Assembly: GCF_006345805.1 (NCBI RefSeq)
Contig: NC_043022.1
Coordinates: 2,852,001-2,916,000, forward strand
DNA length: 64,000 bases
Direction: 5' to 3'
Source of the DNA: Octopus sinensis
Taxonomy: Eukaryota
Shown here: piece by piece, positions 12,468 through 23,627 of the stretch
How positions within the stretch are numbered: the first letter of the stretch is position 1
Layout: each line of letters opens with the position of its first letter
Position numbers and translations under genes: made by a program
Notes under the pieces: model-generated
What the model was told of the DNA's origin: nothing
Databases searched by the model: none
The model's input: the letters and a program-made list of their open reading frames with translations, nothing else

Positions 12468-12684
12468 ATCTTTATTTTCTAAAATTTTTGTTGCGTCTTG
12501 CAACCTTTTCAATAGTCTTGACTTTGTCCTTATTTACACTGTGTTCCCTTTTGTTTGTTTGTGTGCATGTGTGTGGGTCAGTGTGTGTGCACCTATGCAT
12601 GCATGTACGTATGTATGTATGTGTGTATGTATGTATGCATGTGTATGTATGCATATATGTGTGTGTGTGCATCTGTATGTATAT

Positions 12685-12852
12685 AATAATGAAATTATTG
12701 TATACAGTGCTCAGGTGCACCACAACTTGTCAGAAAGTGCATATAAAGTACATGCAGTAATGTACAAATGTCTGGAAAGTGAACAGTGTATGAGTCAGAT
12801 ACATGCTTGTGTGTGTATGGAGGGGAGAAAATCAGGTGTAGTGTTGGCGAAT
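12685..12852 (-). mobile_element. CR1 LINE 3' terminus preceding the tandem array
   Basis: TAATAAT tail + ACAGTGCTCAGGTGCAC terminus, as at 5.4, 7.8 and 44.5 kb. Confidence 0.7.
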
Positions 12853-14720
12853 CTCAGGAAGCATGGAAGTTTTGAAGGATGCAGTGCTCCGACAACTAAC
12901 AACTGATGCCGGCAGTTTGTTCCATGCTTCAGCAACTCTCAGCATGAAAAAATGTTTCCTGAAGTCATGGGAGCTGTGCTGTTTTCTGACTTTGTAAACA
13001 TGTCCACGGGTGTTAGACAGAATGACTCAGGAAGTATGGAAGTTTTGAAGGATGCAGTGCTCCGACAACTAACAACTGATGCCGGCAGTTTGTTCCATGC
13101 TTCAGCAACTCTCAGCGTGAAAAAATGTTTCCTGAAGTCATGGGAGCTGTGCTGTTTTCTGACTTTGTAAACATGTCCACGGGTGTTAGACAGATGGACT
13201 CAGGAAGCATGGAAGTTTTGAAGGATGCAGTGCTCCAACAACTAACAACTGATGCCGGCAGTTTGTTCCATGCTTCAGCAACTCTCAGCGTGAAAAAATG
13301 TTTCCTGAAGTCATGGGAGCTGTGCTGTTTTCTGACTTTGTAAACATGTCCACGGGTGTTAGACAGACGGACTCAGGAAGCATGGAAGTTTTGAAGGATG
13401 CAGTGCTCCGACAACTAACAACTGATGCCGGCAGTTTGTTCCATGCTTCAGCAACTCTCAGCGTGAAAAAATGTTTCCTGAAGTCATGGGAGCTGTGCTG
13501 TTTTCTGACTTTGTAAACATGTCCACGGGTGTTAGACAGACGGACTCAGGAAGCATGGAAGTTTTGAAGGATGCAGTGCTCCAACAACTAACAACTGATG
13601 CCGGCAGTTTGTTCCATGCTTCAGCAACTCTCAGCGTGAAAAAATGTTTCCTGAAGTCATGGGAGCTGTGCTGTTTTCTGACTTTGTAAACATGTCCACG
13701 GGTGTTAGACAGATGGACTCAGGAAGCATGGAAGTTTTGAAGGATGCAGTGCTCCAACAACTAACAACTGATGCCGGCAGTTTGTTCCATGCTTCAGCAA
13801 CTCTCAGCGTGAAAAAATGTTTCCTGAAGTCATGGGAGCTGTGCTGTTTTCTGACTTTGTAAACATGTCCACGGGTGTTAGACAGATGGACTCAGGAAGC
13901 ATGGAAGTTTTGAAGGATGCAGTGCTCCAACAACTAACAACTGATGCCGGCAGTTTGTTCCATGCTTCAGCAACTCTCAGCGTGAAAAAATGTTTCCTGA
14001 AGTCATGGGAGCTGTGCTGTTTTCTGACTTTGTAAACATGTCCACGGGTGTTAGACAGATGGACTCAGGAAGCATGGAAGTTTTGAAGGATGCAGTGCTC
14101 CAACAACTAACAACTGATGCCGGCAGTTTGTTCCATGCTTCAGCAACTCTCAGCGTGAAAAAATGTTTCCTGAAGTCATGGGAGCTGTGCTGTTTTCTGA
14201 CTTTGTAAACATGTCCATGGGTGTTAGACAGATGGACTCAGGAAGCATGGAAGTTTTGAAGGATGCAGTGCTCCAACAACTAACAACTGATGCCGGCAGT
14301 TTGTTCCATGCTTCAGCAACTCTCAGCGTGAAAAAATGTTTCCTGAAGTCATGGGAGCTGTGCTGTTTTCTGACTTTGTAAACATGTCCACGGGTGTTAG
14401 ACAGATGGACTCAGGAAGCATGGAAGTTTTGAAGGATGCAGTGCTCCAACAACTAACAACTGATGCCGGCAGTTTGTTCCATGCTTCAGCAACTCTCAGC
14501 GTGAAAAAATGTTTCCTGAAGTCATGGGAGCTGTGCTGTTTTCTGACTTTGTAAACATGTCCACGGGTGTTAGACAGATGGACTCAGGAAGCATGGAGGT
14601 TTTGAAGGATGCAGTGCTCCGACAACTAACAACTGATGCCGGCAGTTTGTTCCATGCTTCAGCAACTCTCAGCGTGAAAAAATGTTTCCTGAAGTCATGG
14701 GAGCTGTGCTGTTTTCTGAC
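12853..14720 (-). repeat. 173-bp tandem array (~10.8 copies) derived from the CR1 RT C-terminal coding region
   Basis: Identical ORF starts every 173 bp from 12952 to 14682; the minus strand of each unit reads like KVRKQHSSHDFRKHFFTLRVAEAWNKLPASVVSC..TASFK, as in the CR1 copy at 5.2 kb. Confidence 0.92.
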
Positions 14721-14733
14721 TGTATCTTATCTA

Positions 14734-14902
14734 TTAATTATGATTTTATTCAACACATTCCCCTCTCAGATTCACACACTTATTGCAGCAGTCCTTTAGT
14801 TTTTCTAGTTTTTCTAAACCCTGTAAAAGAACTCGGGAGGTTGGGCCCCCAACCAGGCATTTCGTGATACTCTTAAAGCCAGGAACTTTCCAGCAACCAC
14901 TT
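14734..14902. mobile_element. Right part of the split mariner-type MITE
   Basis: TTAATTATGATTTTATTCAAC...AAAGCCAGGAACTTTCCAGCAACC. Confidence 0.65.
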
Positions 14903-15097
14903 AACAGAATGTACTGAGTGCTTTTCTTTTTTTGTGACACCAACACCAATGGGGTCACTAAATAACTTGGAAGACAAAGACCCCTACGACTGAGAGAGGG
15001 AATGAAACTGAAGGAGGTGGCTTTTGTTTGTGCTGGATGAGAGATTGAAGCATAATAGAGCAATAGAGACAAGGGTCTTACAATGGAGGAGATACCT

Positions 15098-15329
15098 ATT
15101 TCTTTACTACCCACAAGGGGCTAAACACAGAGGGGGCAAACAAGGACAGACATAGGTATTAAGTCGATTACATCGACCCCAGTGCGTAACTGGTACTTAA
15201 TTTATCGACCCCGAAAGGATGAAAGGCAAAGTCGACCTCGGCGGAATTTGAACTCACAACGTAGCGCAGATGAAATACCGCTAAGCATTTTGCCTGGTGT
15301 GCTAACATTTCTGCCAGCTCGCCGCCTTT
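15098..15329 (-). mobile_element. SINE family B, full length, 15-bp TSD
   Basis: ATGGAGGAGATACCT at 15083-15097 and 15330-15344 flanks the element. Confidence 0.88.
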
Positions 15330-15839
15330 ATGGAGGAGATACCTGGCTACCCCAGGAGGAAAGGAAAGAAAAGGAAAACGAGATAGAGGTTGGGAGACAG
15401 ACAGACAGACAGTGCGAAAAAGTGAAATGGTGTTGGAATGCAATATGAAGTAATTGAGAATCGCAATTCAATGATTTCTCCCTGCTCTAAATCACAATTT
15501 ATGCAATGACACCTCCATTCAGAGTATCACAGATCAGGCAATTAGCTCAAGCAATGACAGCAACAATGACAACAACAGTGAATACTGTGTAAGTGATGGT
15601 GACCTAATCTGTGTGTTTGTGTGTTGGATGACCTAAATTTGATCACTGTAAAGGTAAAGAGAAGGAAACCAAAAAAGGAAATACCTGTAATTTTCCATGA
15701 CGAGGTGAAAGATATTCAGGTGAAAATAAAAAATGCAAAATAAAATAGTTTCTGTTGTTGGAAATGTCAGATTAAAGAGAGATAAAAAGAAGAAAAAGAA
15801 GATAAGAGATTTAATGATTCAACCCCCGCCCCCGTGCGT

Positions 15840-15878
<39 letters not shown>

Positions 15879-16043
15879 AAGCAAAGCAACACCCTAGTGT
15901 CCTCAGTTCAACGTATATAGATTGGTTGCTGGATGACACTAATTAAACATACATATTAAAATGTATATAAATATAAATGCGTGTGTGTATGAGCGAATAT
16001 GTTTCTGTGTAAGTGTGTGCGTATGTATACATTATAAGCTACA

Positions 16044-16093
<50 letters not shown>

Positions 16094-16094
16094 A

Positions 16095-16235
16095 TATATA
16101 TATATATATATATGAATTGATTGCATCGCAATCCTTAACATTTATGTATTAACTTAGTTGGGTACTTCACTAGCAGTATATTGGATATATGTTATCCCAT
16201 GGAGGGTTGCATTTACAACCCCTATCTCAATTTGT
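16095..16235. repeat. Unclassified interspersed repeat (second copy 40055-40178)
   Basis: GAATTGATTGCATCGCAATCCTTAACATTTATGTATTAAC...CCCCTATCTCAATTT occurs twice, each beside (TA)n. Confidence 0.7.
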
Positions 16236-16249
16236 ATATATATATATAT

Positions 16250-16546
16250 ATACTCTCTTTTACATGTTTCAGTCATTTGACTGTGGCCATGCTGGATCAC
16301 CGCCTTTAATCGAGCAAATCGACCCCGGGACTTATTCTTTGTAAGCCCAGTACTTATTCTATCGGTCTCTTTTGCCAAACCGCTAAGTGACGAGGACGTA
16401 AACACACCAGCATCGGTTGTCAAGCAATGCTAGGGGGACAAACACATACACATATATACATATATACACATATATATGACAGGCTTCTTTCAGTTTCCGT
16501 CTACCAAATCCACTCACAAGGCATTGGTCGGCCCGGAGCTATAGCA
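16250..16546 (-). mobile_element. SINE family A 3' portion, broken at GCTATAGCA by the R2-like element
   Basis: Match to the family stops abruptly after ...GGCCCGGAGCTATAGCA. Confidence 0.85.
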
Positions 16547-19500
16547 TATAGCCGGATATGCTTCGTGCGATGCCGGATGAAGCCCTCACATTGGACAAAC
16601 TAAATGTGTCCTTTTTCCCCAAAGTGGTGCCAAGTAATTTGGTGGGAACCATGTGGAACATGGGGTGATCCTGATTGAGAGGTGTGAGCCTCCCTGCTAG
16701 GGTGGGTAGGTGGCCACTGGCCTGCTCCTAGTAGTCCCGTGCTGGTTAAATAGTGGCTGGCCCGGCTTGGTTCTTTGTCTTCTGATGATAGGTCATGGGG
16801 GTTCCCACCTGGGAACTTTAGGTGTCGGTTGGGCCCTCTCTTGTTATACTTGGGGTTGCCTGAAGGGTCACTGGAAGGGTCCTTGCATTGTTTTGTTTGG
16901 TCGTTGGAGGGTCTGGGGGTGTCTTGGGTGGTTCCTTGTGAGGGCCACCAGATCCCTATTGGGCCCGAGTGAAGGGGCCTGTCTTTTATGACCCCAGCCA
17001 GCGGTGCTATCGAAAAACCACTGCTGATCTGGGGTGGATGCACTTACAGGCCTTGCCTAGCTTTGATGACCCCCTTGGGACCTGGCTGGTTGTGCTTAGG
17101 CTTGAGTACACTAGCATGGAGGTCTGGTATCCTATGACCTGTCAAGACACTGTGGATTTTCCACTGGGTTTTACTCGGCAGGTGGATGCGCTGCCAGGCC
17201 TCACCCTTGGGGTGAAATCACTGACGGGCGGAGCCACTCGTGGTCTGCTGTTAGGAGTCAATTTAGTGGGCCGGAGGGTACACTAGGTGGTTGGGATAGT
17301 GGTTCGGTTGCCTTACACGGTGGGGTTGGTCTTGCGCCTTCTTTAAGTTCAAATTAATCGTTTCAGCCATGGACCCATGGAAATTGCCGCACAGATAGAT
17401 GACAATGAACAATAAGATAAGAAACAAACGGCAGCCAGGCGCTGCCAAACTGGTGGCCTGTGGGTCCGGGACGGGGCCCGCAAGTCAGGCTGAACGTACT
17501 GCCCAGTTGCGTTCGGCCGCACTGCGACCTTCCCCTGCAGGGGACAATGAGTCATCTCCTCTGCATGGTAATACTTGTGGCTCACATAACAAAGACAGGA
17601 CCAGTGTCGGGCGCTCTCTTTTGCACCCAACACTGACGTATCACAGGAAAAGACATCGTATCTTTAGCTTAGATTACGGACATTATTCCCTGGTGGTTAA
17701 AGGCTTTCAGCTCCCGCTGGACCTAGCACAGGACCCTGTTGATGACGTCTAGTCTCTTTCTTTAGAGACGGACCGAGATGAGGTTGCTAGGGACCTCCCC
17801 CATGACGTCCATTCTCTTGATTTAGAAATGGACCGAGAGGAGGTATTGAGGGTATCAAGCCTCACTCCAGCAGGGAGCGAATTTTCGCTGACTATTCCCT
17901 GCACGTCATGCTCCATAGCCTGTCCGCTATGTCCTCTGTGCCTCTCTTCTCCCCCTAGAAGAGGAGAACATTTAGAATGTAAACATGGCGTGAGGCCTGT
18001 CTACAGATGTAGTAAATGTGGTAGGGAAAGTGGACACCTCCATTCAATGAGGTGCCACGCCGGCTTGTGTGATGGCGCATCTGGAGCGCCTACCCCTAGT
18101 CCTGCTCGGTTTTCTTTCCAATGCGACCACCACTGCAGCCGATCTTTTTTGATGGCTGTAGGCCGATCGCAGCACGTATGTCACAAGCATCCTGCGGTTG
18201 CTAATGCACGCAGGATTGCTGCTCGCTTAGAGCAAGTGGCGAAAAAGCATGCCGATCAGGCAGCCACTGCCGAGGCATCGGGCCGAAGACACAGAGGCTG
18301 TTGGTCTGATGAGGAAGTAGCGGTCCTCGTCGAGAAGGAGGCAGGGGTAAGGCAGATAAATGCAGCCATCGCACGGTTCCTACCTGGAAAGACTGCCAAA
18401 CAGGTAGAATCTAAGAGGGCTGCTCTGGCCAAAAGGGCTCGTGTGAGTATCAAGGGTCAGAGCGGTCCGCAGCCGATTCCCAACCACACATCGAGGGAGG
18501 ACCCCAGTCTAACTTAGGATCGCTTCCTCGATGCTGCATGTCCCGGGCATACCCGTTGGTCTGCGGTCTTCTCTGAGGCCCTATTGGAACTCGTAGAAGA
18601 CAGGACCTCGGCTGCCTGGGGCTCTTTTGAGAGAAGAGTAGAGGACTGGGTGGAGCACTACAAATTGCGTAGGGAAGAGACCACCAGGAGAATTAGTGTG
18701 AGATCTGCTAAGAATAGTGCCAATTTTCGGTGGTGGGGTAAGCGTCTTGCACATGCCCACCACCAAGACTTATATAAGAAAGATAGGAAGAGGGTCCTTG
18801 CAATTGTCTTAGGCGAGGATAAGGAGCAGGAATGCCCAATCCCACTATACACTATAGAGGACTTCTATAGAGGGAGGCTTTCTGCCCCAGGCCCTGAAGT
18901 CGATCTAATGGACTACCCTTCCTCCTCCCAGGTTGAGAACGGCCCTATTTTGAGACCGTTCTCCGTGGAGGAGGTTAAAATTAGTCGTCATAAAATGAAG
19001 ATCTCCTCAGCGGGGGTCCAGAGGGTCTCACAATTAGTGAGATTAAATCAATGGACCCAGCTATCCTCGCAAATATCTGCAACTGCATGTTGCTGGCAGG
19101 TAAGGTACCCGATATCCTGAAGCGGGGTAGATCTGTCCTTGTATCAAAGAGGGCAGATGACCCCTACGATCTTGCAAACTGGCGACCAATTACGATATGT
19201 TCTGTGGCACATCGTTTATTTTCGAAAATTGTCGCCAAGCACATGCTTCAGGTAACTCCCCTTAACTCAAGCCAAAGAGGCTTTATCCGCACTGACGGCT
19301 GCAGTGAGACTTCATTTCTCCTTCGGCAGCTCGTCAGTTGCATGATGGGGAGGCCAGCACAACTGAGAATACTGCGGCTGGAGGTTGCCTTCTTAGATCT
19401 CTCCAAGGCCTTCGATACAGTCTCGCACTCATTGGTGTATGCACATTATAGCGCTCGTGGAGGGGATCTACGAAGGCAGTACTACCAGATTCTCAGTTGG

Positions 19501-21588
19501 TGGGCAACTTAGTGAACCCATAGAGATTCGTCAAGGTGTTAGACAGGGGTACGCGCTCTCGCCGATCCTCTTCAACATTGCAACTGACCCACTGCTAGAT
19601 ATGTTATCCGGCAGTGGGGATTTGCAAGTTGAGGGGATCCGGATGGATGGAGTCGCGTACGCTGACGACATGGCCCTAGTTGCGAAATCGCGCGATGGTA
19701 TCCAGGCTCTTATAGACAGATGCCTGGAGTTCTATTGCACGGTTGGACTGGGGCTTAATGTCAGTAAGTGTGCGTGGTTCTCCATCTGCGACTGGGGCAA
19801 GTCCTACCTCGTCAATGAGAACAGCCCGCCGAATGTCGATGGTGTCACTATTAAAAAGGTAGAGCCGGGGGAGAGAGTATCTTATCTAGGTGTAAACATC
19901 CCCACGTGGACTTCGATCTCAAGTCGGGAGTTTGGTTTAGATTCAGTGGAGCAGGTGTCCCTGGACATAAATAAAATGTGCAGGGCTCCGCTGAAACCCC
20001 GACAAAAATTCCTCTTGCTCCAGCAATATTACCTGCCTAGGCTTTTTTATAGTCTAGTGCAGGTACTGCCACCAAGAGGAATACTTGAGAGGATTGACAG
20101 GGCCATCCGCGTGGGGGCTAGAAGAATGCTGCATCTCCCCGAGTCTACGTCTTCTTCCTTCTTATATAGCAGCCGGCGGGACAGAGGGTTAGGTCTTCAC
20201 CAGATGGTGAGACTGATACCAAAATCCGTCGTCCACCAAAGCCTTCGCCTGTTGACGTCGGAGTATGTCTCTGTGAGAAAGGTTGCTGATTCTGCAGGAT
20301 TAGCCGAACAGAACCAGCAACTGATAGCATCTTACGATTTGCCTTTGCTACCTGCAGGCACGGCTGAATACGACCCTGACATCCGGCTGGTGCACTCCCA
20401 TAGATGGGCGACCCAGCCGGTGCAGGGGGTATGTGCGGCGGCGTACTGTGGGTATGCAATAGGCAATAGTTGGATAAGTAGGCCGGGTAGGATTACGGAG
20501 GGGTGCTTCTTGAGTTTGCTCAAGATGCGCTCCAACATATTTCCTACCTGTGAAGCTCTGACACGTGGTCTCCGTGATGATTCCACGTGTCCGAGATGTA
20601 GATTAGGAGCAGAGACTATCTCTCATGTCAGCAGAGTATGTGGTGCTCTTAAAGGGCCATGACTCACCAGGCATAACAAAATATGTGGCCTGGTAGCAAA
20701 GGAAGCTGTAGACCATGGTTGGAGCGTCAGTGTGGAGCTGTCTTATACCATAAGCAGCTCCAGGCTGATACCTGACCTGGTCTTTAGCGTCCAGAAAGGG
20801 TAGTGGTCGTCGACGTGACTGTCAGATTGGAGCAGGGGGACGCCTTGAAAGAGGCTGCCCTCGAGAAAGTGTGCAAATACCGACTGCTCGTGCAATTGCT
20901 TTTGCAGGAGTTCGACCGGCCGGTAGAGGTGCATGGACTCCCAATCGGTGCCTGTGGGGCCTGGCGCCAACCTGCGAGTCAGGCACTGGACGTCTTGGGC
21001 ATAAAAGACAAGTCATTTCGACGACTTCTTAGCCGGACGGCTCTCATTTGTACCTATAATATGCTGAGGGACTAGCCCTCGGTATAAGGGTCTTAAACCC
21101 GGTACATAGACGTTAGGACTAAACAAAAAATAGAAATAAAAGACAAGTGTCCCTACCGACTTCAACATACAATACCCCTCAATGAAGTCTTCAACCTTCT
21201 TTTTTTCTTTTTTTTTTTAGGACCGAGAGGTTGGTTTGTTGGAGACCCTGCAGTACTTTTTTTTTTTTACTTTATTTTATTTTAGAAATTTTCTGCGAGG
21301 GCTAGCAAGGCTTTAAGGCCTTGTTTCGGTAGGGATGGGACCTAAAATGAGAAAAGAAAAATTAAAAAGAAAACCGGGTTAGACAATTTAAAAACCCCAT
21401 TCATTAAGTTGTTTTTAGATATTTTTTACCTTTTTTAAAAACTATCATATTAATATTTTAAGGGACAGTGGGTCCGTGCTGGCTATGACAAAAATGCCTG
21501 TGTCCTGTGTGCATCGCAATGGACGAAGCATTTAGTGGGACCGCCCACTTTAAAAAAAGGGAAGAGACTATGAACGTCTATTAGAAAA
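16547..21588 (+). mobile_element. R2-clade (RLE-type) non-LTR retrotransposon, near full length, non-rDNA site
   Basis: GC-richer 5-kb block: ~850-bp 5' region, one disrupted ORF, ~500-bp 3' region with an A-run at 21552-21558. The 3' boundary is approximate. Confidence 0.85.
17399..21075 (+). pseudogene. R2-type polyprotein: 3 zinc fingers, Myb, reverse transcriptase, CCHC knuckle, restriction-like endonuclease
   Basis: CPLC..EHLECKH, CSKC..HSMRCHAGLC, FQCDHHCSRSF..QHVCHKH; Myb WSDEE (18302)..LPGKTAKQVESKR; RT NWRPITI, SQRGF, AFLDLSKAFDTVSH, RQG..LSPILFN, YADD (19658-19669); CPRC..ETISHV..C; RHN; PDLV (20771)..VVDVTV..EKVCKY. Lesions: in-frame stops at 17750, 18515, 20660; frameshifts near 19014, 19432 (with a short deletion) and 20795. 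Confidence 0.9.
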
Positions 21589-21877
21589 TTGCCAAGCAGC
21601 AGGACTGAACCCGGAACCATGTGGTTAGGAAAAAAGTTTCTTATTTCTTTATTGCCCACAAGGAGCTAAATATAGAGGGGACAAACAAAGGGATTAAGTC
21701 GATTAGATCGACCCCAGTGCGTAATAGGTACTTAATTTATTGACCCCCCCTAAAGGATGAAAGGCAAAGTTGACCTCGGCAGAATTTGAAGTTAGAACAT
21801 AATGGCAGACGAAGTACCGCTAAGTATTTCTGCCAGCTCGCCACCTTCTTTCTTACCACGCAACCACTCCTGTGCCT
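21589..21877 (-). mobile_element. SINE family A head portion with a nested SINE family B (21640-21846)
   Basis: GGACTGAACCCGGAACCATGTGGTT...[family B]...TTCTTACCACGCAACCACTCCTGTGCC; TTTCTT on both sides of the nested copy. Confidence 0.7.
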
Positions 21878-21887
21878 ATATATGATA

Positions 21888-22295
21888 CTAGCAGCATAGC
21901 CCAGCGTTGCCTGGGTATGTAAGAGCCCCTAGTAGGCAACGACTAATCCCAATCTAGTTCCTTCCCCCTAGGGAACGAAGGCGCATGTGTAGGTTGCAAT
22001 GTCTTCTCTTCACTCGAATACTTCTATGTATACGATGTTCCTAGCTGTCTCCCGACAGAAAATGTGTTGCATATAAAAAGCTTAGATTCTCGACCCCATG
22101 TTGAATTTATCGATTTTTTTCAGAACTGGGGGAACTTTTCAAAATTTTCGCTGTGTTAGTTTTGAATTATGACATTGGGCTATGTGTGTGTCAAGTTTCA
22201 TCAGAATTGGTTGAAAGCCGTGGTCAGGGTGAGGGTACAACCTGACAGCCACACAGACACACAGACAGACAAACTGCCGTTTATATAGAGAGAGA
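21888..22295 (-). mobile_element. Non-autonomous Helitron, diverged second family
   Basis: Plus strand starts A-CTAGCAGCATAGCCCAGCGTTGCCTGGG and ends ...TTTATATAGAGAGAGA-T. Confidence 0.65.
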
Positions 22296-22329
22296 TGATA
22301 AAAATTCATGTAGTCTTTCCAGTTCAGCA

Positions 22330-23218
22330 AATATTTTCTCGGATGAGTCGTCCTTTACCTTATTTCCAACTACCAGCCGAGTATACCTGTGGAGACAGCC
22401 AAAAGAAGCATGTGACCCGGACTGCCTTCTTCCAACCGTTAAACATGTAGAAGGATCTGTGATGATCAGGGGGAGGGGCCATATCTTGGAAATCCACCGG
22501 CCCAATGGTTTCCCTTCATGGCAGAATTAATAGTCAAGACTATTTAAGCATTTTATCTGATCAAATTCATTGTATGGTTGCGGAACTGTTTCCAGATGGG
22601 AACGCAATCTTTCAGGATGTTGAAGCACCAATTCACACAGCTAAAGTTGTTACTGAATGGCATGAGAACATTCTAGCAAAGTTGAACATCTTATCTGGCC
22701 ACCACAGTCCCCAGATCTCAATATTATTGAACATTTATGGTGCATTTTAGAAAAACTAGTAAGGAAATTACTATTTTTAAATCTCACGAGAGATATTTAG
22801 CAACAATACTTTGAAGTAAAGATTATTTGCCAACATAACATGGCAGTCCTGGTTTAGGACGAATGTTGCTGTAATTTAGTCCCAGGAGACATTGTCTCCG
22901 GCTGGCTATACAACATGATCTGTATCTTATAAATTACAGTAACATTCGTCCTAAACCAGGACTGCCATGTCATATTGGCAAACAACCTTTACTCCAACAA
23001 GTAAGGAGTCGATATCCTTCACCATCATCACTGCAAGAACTAGAGACTGTTTTAGCTGAAGAATGGACAAAAATTCCTTTGGAAACAATTCCAACTTTGT
23101 ACAAGTCCATGTCTTGTAGAATTCAAGGTGTAATTACTGCCAAAGGTGGTCCTACCCCATATTAAAATAAATTTGTTTGAAATTTTAAGGTGTTTCCATT
23201 ATTTTGTCCAACCTCTGT
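22330..23218 (+). pseudogene. Tc1-family transposase catalytic-domain remnant plus right TIR
   Basis: IFSDESSFT, FQDVEAPIHTAKVV, WPPQSPDLNIIEHLW..LEK and VRSRYPSPSSLQELETVLAEEW..IP..KGGPTPY*; frameshifted and split by an insertion at 22766-22999; TIR-like GGTGTTTCCATTATTTTGTCCAACC. Confidence 0.8.
22766..22999. mobile_element. Fold-back insertion with 8-bp TSD
   Basis: AGTAAGGA at 22758-22765 and 23000-23007; ~70-bp inverted arms (22810-22878 / 22930-22998). Confidence 0.65.
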
Positions 23219-23239
23219 GTTTATTACATTTTACTTGTT

Positions 23240-23440
23240 TGTCATTGCCCAAACTGGAGCACCACCAAGAAGCATTTTAGTTACACAGATCGACTGTAAG
23301 TAATTCTTTTTTTTTCTTTCATTCTATTTTTTTTCGTTTAAACCTGGTACTTATTTTGTTGGTCTCTTTTGCCATACTACTAAGTTTCAGGGCCTTAAAC
23401 AAACCAACACCGGTTATCAATCGATGGTGGGGGAGAACAA

Positions 23441-23471
<31 letters not shown>

Positions 23472-23600
23472 ATAGGCTTCTTTCAGTTTCCATCTACCAA
23501 ATCCACTCACAAGGTTTTGGGTCAGCAACACTTGTGCAAGGTGTCAAACAGTGGGACTTGAACCTGGAACCATGTGTTTGGGAAGCAAACCTCTTGCCAC
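23240..23600 (-). mobile_element. Old, diverged SINE family A copy
   Basis: TTCTTTCAGTTTCCATCTACCAAATCCACTCACAAGG and a degraded head. Confidence 0.6.
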
Positions 23601-23627
23601 TGGCTAGTTTCTATTACCAAAACGGAA

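Noticed and set aside
12952-14799. Eleven 72-aa plus-strand ORFs (MFPEVMGAVL...)
   Set aside because: Antisense readings of a tandemly amplified CR1 fragment
16551-16584. GCCGGAT repeats resembling bacterial REP sequences
   Set aside because: Too short, not a REP palindrome, and no other sign of bacterial DNA
21190-21470. Dense T/A homopolymer runs in the R2 3' region, and single-base deletions in parts of the satellite (49.0-50.1 and 54.7-55.6 kb)
   Set aside because: The pattern resembles low-accuracy consensus sequence, so it was not interpreted biologically; it lowers certainty of the R2 3' boundary
21140-21600. Short matches to 28S rDNA near the R2 3' end (TGTCCCTACC, TCAATGAAG, ACTATGA...TTGCCAA)
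   Set aside because: The matches are short, need several gaps and are not collinear with the 28S sequence as I recall it; likely chance. A formal alignment would settle it
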